Origin: Macrostomum lignano | Taxonomy: Eukaryota | Assembly (NCBI GenBank): GCA_002269645.1 | Contig: NIVC01000001.1 | Coordinates: 682,001-746,000 of the forward strand | DNA length: 64,000 nucleotides | Direction: 5' to 3' | Shown here: positions 48,130-58,315 of the stretch, piece by piece | Layout of the letters: each line of letters starts with the position of its first letter | Numbering within the stretch: the stretch's first letter is position 1 | Made by a program: the position numbers and the translations under genes | Notes under the pieces: generated by a model | What the model saw: the letters and a program-made list of their open reading frames with translations, nothing else | What the model was told of the DNA's origin: nothing | Database searches by the model: none

Positions 48130-49805
48130 ACATAAAAGAAGCGCAATGTCAAACATAGAAGAGCCACCATGTCGAACATTAAAGAGCCAACATATCGAAC
48201 ATAAAAGAGTTACCATGTCAAACATAAAAGAGCCACTATGTCAAACCTAAACGAGCCACCATGTCTAATATTTAAGAGGCACCATGTAAAACATATAAGT
48301 GACTTTATGTCAAACATAAAAGAGCCACCATTTCGAACATTAAAGAGCCACCATTTCGACCATAAAAGAGCCACTATTTCGAACATCAAAGAGCCACTAT
48401 GTCAAACATTTAGGAGCCACTTTTTTCGAACATTAAAGAGCCACCATGTCAAACATAAAAGAGCCAACATGTCAGACATTAAAAAGCCACTGTATCAAAT
48501 ATAAAAGAGTTACCATGTAGAACAAAAGAGCCACCATTTCGAACATTAAAGAGCCACTATGTCAAACATAAAATAGCCAACATGTCAAACATAAAAGAGC
48601 CAACATGTCAAACATAAAGAGCCACCATGTCAAACATTTAAGAGCCACCATGTCAAACATATATGTGACTTTATGTCAAACATTAAAGAGCCACCATTTC
48701 AAACATTAAAGAGCCACCATGTCAAACATGAAAGAGCTATAACATGAAGAATATTAAAGAGCCACCATGTCAAACATAAAAGAGCCACCATGTCGAACAT
48801 TAAAGAGCCACCATGTCAAACATAAAAGAGCCACCATGTCAACTATGTAAGTGACTTTATGTCAAACATTTAAGAGCCACCATGTTAAACCTAAAAGAGC
48901 CACCATGTTAAACCTAAAAGAGCCACCATGTTAAACCTAAAAGAGCCACCATGTCAAACCTAAGAGAGCCACCATGTCGAACACTTAAGAGTCACAATGT
49001 AAAATATTAAAGGGCCATCATTTCGAGCATATAAGTGAATTTAACATTAAAGAGCCACCATGTCAAACATTAAAGAGCCACCATGTCAATTATTTATGTG
49101 TCTTTATGTCAAACATTAAAGAGCCACCATTTCAATCATTAAGGAGCCACCATGTCAAACATTTAAAAGCCACCTTGTCAAACATAAAATAGTCACTTTG
49201 TCGAACATTAAAGAGCCACTGTGTCAAACATAAAAGAGCTACCAGGTTAAACATTAAAGAGCCACCATGTCAAACATAGAAGAGCCACCATGTCAGGTAT
49301 TAAAAAGAGCCACCATGTCGAACATTAAAGAGCCACCATGTCGAACATTAAAGAGCCACCATGTCGAACATTAAAGAGCCACCATGTCGAAAATTAAAGA
49401 GCCACCATGTAGAATATTAAAGGGCCACCATGTCGAACATTAAAGAGCCACTATGTCAAACATATATGACTTTATGTCAAACATTGATGTGACTTTATGT
49501 CAAACATTAAAGAGCCACCATTTCGAACATTAGAGAGCCACCATGTCGAACATTAAAGAGCCACCATGTCGAACATTAAAGAGCCACCATGTAAAACATT
49601 AAAGAGCCACATTGTCAAACATAAAAGAGCCATTATGTCGTACATTAAAGAGCCACCATGTCAAACATAGAAGAGCCACCATGTCAAACATAGAAGAGCC
49701 ACCATGTCTAACATTAAATAGCCACTATGTCGAACATTAAAGAGCCACTATGTCTAACATTAAAGAGCCACCATGTCTAACAGTAAAAAGCCGCCATGTC
49801 GAACA
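48130..49805. repeat. Diverged 23-bp minisatellite AAAGAGCCACCATGTCAAACATT inside Helitron 2
   Basis: Tandem periodicity, ~70 units. Confidence 0.92.
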
Positions 49806-49909
49806 TAGGAGACGCAATTCAATTTCAAATGTAAAAAGAAGCGTCATGCCAATCACAAAGGAGCCATTATAAAGCTAAGGAAATTGTTGCACTTGCTACT
49901 TATTGTCCG

Positions 49910-50275
49910 GTGGATGCTTGCTATTTAAGGATCAATACTTGCTATCAATTGGTTGCTTGCTATCTGGGGTGCTTGCTATCAATTGGTTGCTTGCTATCAA
50001 TTGGTTGCTTGCTATCTGGGGTGCTTGCTATTTGGGGGTGCCTGCTATCTGGGGGTGCTTGCTATCTAGGGATGCTTGCTATCTGGGGGTGCTTGCTATC
50101 TGGGGTGCTTGCTATCTGGGGGATGCTTGCTATCTGGGGGTGCTTGCTATCTGGGGGTGCCTGCTATCTGGGGGTGCTTGCTATCTGGGGGTGCTTGCTA
50201 ACTGGGGGTGCCTGCTATCTGGGGGGTGCTTGCTATCTGGAGGTGCTTGCCATCTGGGGGGGGGATGCTTGCTGT
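49910..50275. repeat. ~17-bp minisatellite TGCTTGCTATCTGGGGG
   Basis: Tandem periodicity. Confidence 0.9.
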
Positions 50276-51904
50276 CTTAGGATGTTTTCTTTTTGCATTG
50301 CACTTCATCTGAGCAGTTTTTCTATTGACTATGTGAAGGCTTTTTTTGGCCATCTTATTGATACTTATAGAGAACAGAGATTCTATCTAGATGTCCCCCA
50401 TCAAGGGGCAAAGATTGCTAGTACCTTTTCTAATAATCAATGCTGGAATACTATTGTACCTTTCTTAGAACTTAAATCTACGCAAGATGCTAAAATTTAG
50501 TTTGTTTGAATACACCAAATATTTGTTATAATATGGTGAATCATTTGTTTTAATGCGCAATATTGGGGAAATATTTTTGTTATAATCATATCGGGAATTT
50601 TTTGGTATATTATATAGGCCTATATAGGAGCGATTTTGTAGCCAAATAAACTCAACTACGTGTCTGTGAGCACTCGTTGCAAGCAAAGCTAATAGCAGTT
50701 CAATCTATAAATCCTTAGAGACTTTGAAGTTAAGAGTGACTTATTCATTTGGAAAGCTGAGAAACAGTTCTAAGAAATTTGCTAAGAAAGGGAGTCGGGG
50801 ACTAATTCGTAGATATACCAGAGAGTTACGCCGTGACACTCTGATCTTGGTAAACACCCAATTGGACATACATCTATACCAGTATTAGACTGCTCAGGCC
50901 ATATAATACATTAGACGCTACTAGAATAAAATATTAAAGCGCTACCCCGAAATATACTAGAGAGAAGTTGATATCTGGTTCTAAGAAACAGACAGAAGAA
51001 AGAGAGTTGGACACATTAATAGTAGGATAACTTTGGTGGCAGCTTAGACCCTATAGAATATTTAAAGGGACAGAGGCAAAAACCTGTAACAGCTGATGGC
51101 TGATGGGTGGAATTAAGCAGACCCTACACTTATTAATAGATATAGAAAAGCCCTGTCACAGGTTTTAGTTTAGAAAATTAGCATTCTATGGTAAATTCAT
51201 TAGGCCTATATGCTAGGCCTACCTATCTAAATATAATTGTACATGTATTATAACTATAATCAGTGCAATATATTTTAAAGTTATAAAAATGGCATAGCTT
51301 CAGTGGCTTAGGCCCTAATTCATTTATTAGCTTTATGAATTTATTATAGTTTATACCATGACCCTGAAGCTAATAGCTATTCATCTAAATAAATCATCTA
51401 AATCATCTAACTAAATAAAAAATGTTATATGCACAAATAGCCACTCTAAAAGACAAAACAATAAAACATTAGATTATTTCAAACATCAAAAATTACTTTA
51501 TGTTAATTAAATTTATTTGATTCTTTTGCAATTGTATTTTATACCTTCTAATACTAATAGGCCTAAAATCTGTTGGTGTAAAAGAAAGAAATACACTCTA
51601 GGCCTAGACCAAATCTTTTCATATCTAGTTTATTTTTTTCACTTTTTGTTTATAATATTTTATAAATTTTTAGAGCCTAATCTGCCATGTACCAGGCCCA
51701 TCCCATGTAATTTCATAAAAATGGTTACTAAACTATACTTAGGTAGGCCTATTATAGTGATGTATATATATAGGCCTAGTCTATAGCTTAGTATAACAAT
51801 AATACTAAGGCAACAGGGCCTAGAAGTTATTTTGAATAGGCCTATGCAACTTTTTGAGTGCTAGGCAGTGAGATATGCCTAGATTAAAGGTAAGTTCTAA
51901 AATT

Positions 51905-52534
51905 GGGATGCCCGTCAAAACGGCCACACGTGGAATGGCCACACGACAAAACGGCCACACCGTCAAAATGGCCACACGACAAAACGGCCACATAAAACAA
52001 AAAGGGTTGCAGATCGACTTTGTTCTATTCGTTATGTTAAGGAAGCTTCGTTATGTTAATTATTTTTAGCTTTGATACTCGCATGAGCATCAAAATGCAA
52101 AAGAAGTAAATGCATTGAGATATTGTGAAATTTATGTAAGGCTTATGTATGTAATGTAAATTTATGTAAAAATGAAAAATGAAATGAAAAATTTCGCATC
52201 AGAGATAACTACTAACTGCCATAAGATATTTTGCGCTGTTGTTAAATTGTTATTTGAGTAAAGGTGGATGGTTGCAGCTCCTCTCTCTGCAACCATCCAC
52301 CTTTATTCTTAATTGACCAGTGCCTCGGCTCGGCCCCCATGTACGCCACCCCCACCCCCTACGATCGTTCATCATTTATCTTTCTACTTAAATGTACATT
52401 CAACCCTCCACTTCTCTTATCTCTTATTATTACAAATTATAACATCGTGTAGCCGTTTTGTCGTGTGGCCGTTTTGACAGTGTGGCCGTTTTGTCGTGTG
52501 GCCGTTCCGCGTGTGGCCGTTTTGACGGCACCCC
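51905..52534. mobile_element. MITE-like element, 630 bp, ~90-bp TIRs built from ACGGCCACAC subrepeats, 8-bp TSD CTAAAATT
   Basis: GGGATGCCCGTCAAAACGGCC... and ...GGCCGTTTTGACGGCACCCC; CTAAAATT at 51897-51904 and 52535-52542. Confidence 0.88.
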
Positions 52535-52799
52535 CTAAAATTGTAGTATTGAAGTTAAAAAGCCTAACAAACTAATAAAAATAGCAAGATATAACCTTTT
52601 TGTCATTATTAAAAAGTAAAAAATAAAGATTACTTTGCAAGGACAATGACTATTCAATCAAGTATTACTTGTCTAGGGCTCTAGGCCTATACTTGATCAT
52701 ATTAAGTTCATGCTGGAAATATTGCCAAACCAAATGTATACAAAAAATTCCAGCATAAAATTATAAAAAAATGATTTTTTGTCTTTGTGTCTTAATTGA

Positions 52800-54460
52800 T
52801 TATAGCATATAAGCCTAATAAATTTGACATAGAATGCTAATTTTCTAAACTAAAACCTTTATGAATTTTGAGAAATGATAAAAACAAGTCTAGGCCTATA
52901 AAAGATAAACATTATTAGGTTTCCTTTTTATTAAAAGCAATAATCCATTTTTTGCTTGGTCTAAAAATGAAAGCTTATCTTGACAGCATAGGGCCTAATA
53001 TATTTGTTGTTGAAATCTACTTTCTAATTTTTTTTCCAAAAAGTAGTTTCTTATTCTACTATTTAAGTAGTCTTTCTTATTTTGTTATTGTTAAAAACTT
53101 TTCAATGTTCTAAAAAGATATACTTTATTGTCTTGAAATAGGTCTTTGACCTTAAGGCATTGACCTAGTCAGCTAATTTTATTAACTTGTTTTTTTAAAC
53201 TAAAGAAAGATTCAATTTTTATTGAAGCTTTTGTGCTAGGGGGGATTCTTCCTTCTTAATAATATCCCACCGCTGCCACCAAGCTGTGCTAGGCCTATGC
53301 TCGCTCTGTCTTCCTAATTGTTAGCCTTTGCCTAGTCTAGTCACTTATCTTATGAGCTGCCACCAAAGTTGTCCCAGGGATTAATTCTGTCTCTAATAAT
53401 AATTTCACACTGTCACCAAAAGCTGTCACAGGGCTAATTTACTAATCTCTTAAGTGTTCTTCTTAGGTTGGTAGCTGCCACCAAGATTATTCGATTAATA
53501 AATTATGAGTTTATCAATATTAGAATAATCTGAGAAATGTTTCTTAGAATAGGTCTGAGTATAAGTCTTTAAGTATCAGTCTAAGTATGAGTCTAAGAAT
53601 AAGTCTAGGTATATGTCTAAGGATTAGTCTAAGTATCTACTTCTATTGGTAGCGTTCTTAGTATATGTATTGGTAGCCTTCTTAGTATATGTATTGGTAG
53701 CGTTTTTAGTATATGTATTGGTAGCGTTCTTAGTATATGCCGAGTGGTCTACTATTGGCCTAGAATGTATTTCTCAGAATGATCTTCCTTGTAATTCTTT
53801 GTAGTTATTTAAGTATCTGATCATCTAGTCCAGTCCTTTAGGCATTCCCAAGATTAGAGGGTCACGGCCTTCTCAATACTGTATATGTATTCCCGAGATC
53901 TACTTTGTTTCACTTCAATCTCCTTGGTATTCTGCGTATCAGTAGTATCTGTGGTATGATTAACTTCCACTTCACTCTTCGAATCGAAAAAGTTACTAAG
54001 TCTTGAAAAGATTTCTAAGTAACAGTTTAAAGCTCAACAAGTAGCGAGACTTGAGACTAATTTAGGAACAAGCAATCAGCCAAGTTGGTGGCTCTCTGGC
54101 CAGATCCCGTCTATTTATACTATTTTAAGACTTGATCAATATTAATTTTGATATATGCAGTATTAAAACAAATAGGGCTAAAATTAGTTTTCGGTTTAAA
54201 AATACATACAAATTTTACATGAAAATTATTATTAAACGTTGGAAGATTAAAACAAATAATATGTGAATATTATTCTTGAGTGATTAAACTCAAAATTATT
54301 ATTGACAAATTTATTTACAAAAACTATTATTATTACTATTAGTAGCATTAAGCGCTTGCACACTTTTTGTAAAGTTTAATTTTAAAGAATAGGTGGCCTA
54401 GCTAAAATTATGTTTAAAGACTAGGCTAAGTTATTGTAATGACTCTAATAATATTTTTGT
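52800..54460 (-). repeat. AT-rich dispersed repeat, copy B (inverted relative to copy A, interrupted by solo LTR B)
   Basis: Reverse complement matches 40390-40842, 42470-42517 and 51161-51215. Confidence 0.8.
53232..54362 (-). mobile_element. Solo LTR B, 1131 bp, Gypsy-like (tRNA-Leu PBS family)
   Basis: TGTGC...GCACA termini. 4-bp TSD CTTT (53228-53231, 54363-54366), confirmed by the empty site in copy A (~40500-40510). TATA box GTATAAATAG on minus (54120-54111). Internal 18-nt TGGTGGCAGCGGTGGGAT at 53281-53264. Confidence 0.82.
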
Positions 54461-54769
54461 ATCAATATAAATATGTCAATTTAGACATATTTCTTATTTA
54501 CTAGTACAAGGCCTATTGCTTAATGTTTATGCAAGAGCCAGTCAACTAGAACAGTGCTAGAGATACATCCCTTGTGCCACAGCTAGTCTGGCTGCAACCA
54601 ATCAACACACAGCAAAGTAGGGGCATGCCAACACCCTCTAGCTAGCCCCAAAGAGCACTATGCCCTAACTAAGAAATGCACAAGAATAATGCCAAAATTT
54701 GGTGCATTTGTTAAACTGTACAAAAGCATTATATGCCAAATAAGTCTATAAATATAGTTTCTATTATAA

Positions 54770-54905
54770 TTAATACATAATTAATAGTTGTATAATTGTA
54801 TAATTACAATTATAATTACAATAATTGCAATTACAATTATAATTGTATATATTGTATAATTATTGTATAATTGTATAATATTATACAATAATTAATACAT
54901 TAATT
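54770..54905. repeat. AT-rich low-complexity (ATTGTATA/ATTACA)n tract
   Basis: Short-period imperfect repeat. Confidence 0.7.
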
Positions 54906-55026
54906 TTACAAGTTGAAATCTATGGATATTGGAGTTTACAATAACATGTGGCAATGATGACCTGATCTCAAAAAATTATAATGCCCCCTCATTATTTATG
55001 GTATTATTGCTACAAGTTTGCAAACA

Positions 55027-55248
55027 ATGGGCCTGCCCTGCGGTGGATTCACCTGTACTAAAACTGCTCTAACTGTGCTCAATGGAGTCTTCATGCTAGT
55101 TTCTATAGCCCTGATGGCTCTGGCTGGCTATTCTCGCATGGCCGCCGTTGTGACCAGCATCAATATCCTGTCTGGCCTCATCGTGTGTGGGGTGTTTCTC
55201 TTCTTTGTCAGCTTGCTGGGGTTGCTTAGCGCTCGGCTGCACAACCAG
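55027..55248 (+). CDS. TSPAN13/TSPAN31: Tetraspanin exon 1
   Basis: MGLPCGGFTC...LHNQ, TM1-TM2. Confidence 0.9.
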
Positions 55249-56321
55249 GTAAGTTTTTATTTACCTTTGGCTTTCTGTCAATTCTGGCTGCATTGCATCG
55301 TTGTAAAATAAGCCAGCCTCCCAGACTCTCAGCTGCTGGGCCAGCCTCCAAGATCCTCAGTTTCTGGGCCCGCCTCCCAGATCCTCAGTTGCTGAGCCCG
55401 CCTCCCAGATCCTCAGTTGCTGAGCCAGCCTCCCAGACTCTCAGCTGCTGGGCCAGCCTCCAAGATCCTCAGTTTCTGGGCCCGCCTCCCAGATCCTCAG
55501 TTGCTGAGCCAGCCTCCCAGATCCTCAGTTGCTGAGCCAGCCTCCCAGATCCTCAGTTGCTGAGCCAGCCTCCAAGATCCTCAGTTGCTGGGCCAGCCTC
55601 CCAGATCCTCAGTTGCTGGGCCAGCCTCCCAGATCCTCAGTTGCTGGGCCAGCCTCCCAGATCCTCAGTCGCTGACCCACCGCCGCTCCCAAATCTTAAT
55701 GCTCATCCAGCGCCAATCTCCTAAACTCAGACTGTGCCAACGTCATCCTAGTGTCACATAAATGGCTACTTTCAGTAGGCATCAATCAGCAGAATCCTTA
55801 AATCTCATTACTCGCCCAAATGCCGCCCCGGAATCGCGCAGGCCATGCTGTTCTTCTACATAATCGTGCTATTCCTGCTGTTCCTGCTGCAATTCGCCAT
55901 CGCCTGCGCCTGCTTAGCGGTGAACTCCAGCCAGCAGGAGACCATACTGGAGGCGGCCTGGGGCCAGCTTGGCAATTATAGCCGCGGCGACGCCCAGCGC
56001 CTGTTCCAGTGCTGCGGCTTCCGCAACCCAATGCAGCTGGACGAGCCGCTGGGCCATCCGCCGTGCGCTCCGCTGGCCTGCTGCTCCGGCAGCGCCAGCC
56101 TGTGCTGCACTGGCAATCTGAATTCTACAGCCAATCTTGGCCTAGCCTGCCCGTGCCAGCTCAACTGCCTGACCGCCACCAAGGCTAAGTTTAATCGGGC
56201 CGCCAAGCTCACTGGCAGCGTTGGCCTGCTGGTGTCCTTTGCCGAGATTGCGGGCGTCTGGCTCGCTATCCGCTATCGCAATCTCAAGGATCCTCGGGCT
56301 GATCTGTCCGCTTTTCTTTAA
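55027..56321 (+). CDS. TSPAN13/TSPAN31: Tetraspanin, TSPAN13/TSPAN31 subfamily (2 exons, 233 aa)
   Basis: Exons 55027-55248 and 55842-56321 (CAG|gtaagt ... cgcag|GCC, phase 0). N-terminal CGGFTCTK, four hydrophobic segments, CCG motif, C-terminal RYRNLKDPRADLSAFL, all typical of the subfamily. Confidence 0.93.
55311..55678. repeat. 28-bp minisatellite CCAGCCTCCCAGATCCTCAGTTGCTGGG (tetraspanin intron)
   Basis: Tandem periodicity, ~13 units. Confidence 0.94.
55842..56321 (+). CDS. TSPAN13/TSPAN31: Tetraspanin exon 2
   Basis: AMLFFY...CCG...DPRADLSAFL*, TM3, EC2, TM4. Confidence 0.93.
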   Translation, partial: AMLFFYIIVLFLLFLLQFAIACACLAVNSSQQETILEAAWGQLGNYSRGDAQRLFQCCGFRNPMQLDEPLGHPPCAPLACCSGSASLCCTGNLNSTANLGLACPCQLNCLTATKAKFNRAAKLTGSVGLLVSFAEIAGVWLAIRYRNLKDPRADLSAFL

Positions 56322-56364
56322 CAGTTCGTGTCTAATTAAGGGAATTGGGAGCAATTACTTTTGC

Positions 56365-56370
56365 AATAAA
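56365..56370 (+). terminator. Candidate polyadenylation signal of the tetraspanin gene
   Basis: AATAAA about 44 nt after the stop codon. Confidence 0.55.
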
Positions 56371-56404
56371 CAGTCTGTAGGGGGAGGGCAGAGCGGGGAA
56401 GGAG

Positions 56405-56812
56405 GCAGATTCAGTAGTAGTAGAGAGGCAGGTTCAATGGTAGTGGAGAGGCAGATTCAATGGTAGTGGAGAGGCAGATTCAAGGGTAGTGGCTGCAGAT
56501 TCAACGGTAGTAGAGAGGCAGATTCAACGGTAGTGGCTGCAGATTCAATGGTAGTGGAGAGGCAGATTCAAGGGTAGTGGCTGCAGATTCAAGGGTAGTG
56601 GCTGCAGATTCAAGGGTAGTGGCTGCAGATTCAAGGGTAGTGGCTGCAGATTCAATGGTAGTGGAGAGGCAGATTCAAGGGTAGTGGCTGCAGATTCAAC
56701 GGTAGTAGAGAGGCAGATTCAACGGTAGTGGAGAGGCAGATTCAAGGGTAGTGGAGAGGCAGATTCAATGGTAGTGGAGAGGCAGATTCAAGGGTAGTGG
56801 AGAGGCAGATTA
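56405..56812. repeat. ~21-23-bp minisatellite GAGAGGCAGATTCAAGGGTAGTG
   Basis: Tandem periodicity. Confidence 0.92.
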
Positions 56813-57282
56813 AGGATTAGTAGCATTGTTCGTGTTTTGTGGTCTCGGCAATACCATATATTTCTATTGTGTGTAAAATTAGCATAGCAACAAAAGTCCA
56901 AAATTCGATGTTTTGGTCAGCAAAAATTTGTTCACTGATTTTCATTTATATCGATATTCTGCCAGATGCACTTTTCAGTTCACAACTAGTGTGTTTGTTT
57001 TGAAGCTGTGTAATCTGTGGAGTCTAAGAATTATTTTACATAATTATTGCATAATCCAGAGCGCAATCTATGCCGCTTATTTTACGTGCTTGTCCTTTTT
57101 TCTCTGCTAGTCTTGCTAACACAAGCCCGTTGTCTTGTTGTGTGGCGCTTTCTGTAATTGTGCTTACTTATAATTATATCCAGCCAATTGCGATTCATCT
57201 GTTCTTCTCTTTTGTCTGTCTCTGCTTTATTGGCCAGGTTCGAGTCCTCAAGGTAGTTGCCAAAGTTGCAGGTCTCGCCCAT

Positions 57283-57622
57283 TGAAGGGGTAAGCGCCCA
57301 CTGAAGGGTAAGCGCCCACTTACTAAAGGGGGTAAGCGCCCACTGCTGAAGAGGATAAGCGCACACTGCTGAAGGGGGTAAGCGCCTACTGCTGAAGAGG
57401 ATAAGCGCACACTGCTGAAAGTGATAAGCGCCCATTGAAGGGGGTAAGCACCCACTGAAGGGGATAAGCGCCCACTGAAAGGGATAAGCGCCCTCTGAAA
57501 GGGGTAAGCGCCTACTGCTGAAGAGGATAAGCGCACACTGCTGAAAGTGATAAGCGCCCATTGAAGGGGGTAAGCACCCACTGAAGGGGATAAGCGCCCT
57601 CTAAAAGGGGTAAGCGCACACT
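57283..57622. repeat. ~21-24-bp minisatellite (G)GGTAAGCGCCCACTG(CTG)AAG
   Basis: Tandem periodicity. Confidence 0.9.
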
Positions 57623-58315
57623 GGGCTAACCTGGTCAATAAAATCTACTGTGTATTTTATGATTTGCTATAAAGCAATATAACTGCAAATCTGGAAACTC
57701 TTGAGTTATAATTAGTCGGTAGCTGCTACAAATTGTTAAACATTGATTTTCAATTAAAATGCGTGATTTTTCCCATCGACGAGATCCCAACTATGAGGTT
57801 CATCGCATCGTAGGTTAGTGCTGCTGCCGCTGTTTTTTATTTAAATTTTTTCTTTATCGCGTCTTTTGTCTTACCTTGGTGTCGGTGTCTTTTGTGCTTC
57901 TGTCCTTGCGCTCGTATTAACTCATTTTTATGTTGATTCTCTTATAATTTTTTTCCATAGAAGACTGTTATTATTATATTGAACATTGACAACGCATTGA
58001 GCTCCAATCGATGTACTATTGTACATTAATATGCTTGCACACAGACCTGTAGACCATATGCGATCTTTAAACCTTCCAGTCTTTGTTCCTTTTCTATTGT
58101 TTATTTCGGCTCTCTGTCCAATTGTTATTTATTGTTGTCATGAATTGTTGCAATTGCACAATACCATAATCCATTTAGCCTACGCATATATACATATATA
58201 ATTAAAGTGATGTGGGTTGTACCGTTGTATCTAAAATTATTGCCTCTTTTTTCAGACTTGGTTGGTGATTTGCGGTGGTGTGGATTAAAAAAAACTCATA
58301 CAAACACTGATGGAG

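Larger units (their letters stand above)
47531..50421 (+). mobile_element. Non-autonomous Helitron-like element 2, head-to-tail with element 1
   Basis: 5' TCCTATATACTAAAAATG, then a TATG-type microsatellite, then CAACCGATTTTC. A ~200-bp module (47728-47940) repeats 42761-42960. 3' imperfect hairpin 50392-50410 followed by CTAG|T (50418-50422). Confidence 0.7.
42518..51160 (+). mobile_element. Solo LTR A (42518-42561 + 50422-51160) interrupted by the Helitron tandem
   Basis: Termini (C)GTAA...TGTCACA. Candidate 4-bp TSD AGTT/GGTT, matching the empty site CATAAAGGTTTTAG in repeat copy B. Shares GCCGTGAC-CTCT-ATCTTGG (50830-50850) with LTR B. TATA-like CTATAAAT at 50705. Confidence 0.6.

Noticed and set aside
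42518-51160. Full-length 8.6-kb LTR retrotransposon
   Set aside because: The size fits, but there are no paired LTRs and no gag/pol; the interior is accounted for by the Helitron pair.
53264-53281. tRNA-Leu gene
   Set aside because: Only the 3' 18 nt, including CCA, are present with no cloverleaf; this is the pattern of a retroelement PBS.
53232-53490. CRISPR array (repeat plus unique spacers)
   Set aside because: The context is eukaryotic, the repeat is only 10-11 nt, spacer lengths vary and there are no cas genes. It is better explained as LTR att/PBS modules.
55005-55026. Trans-splice acceptor (ctacaag|) 10 nt before the tetraspanin ATG
   Set aside because: It is a weak AAG site, and the gene has its own ATG; it cannot be supported without transcript data.
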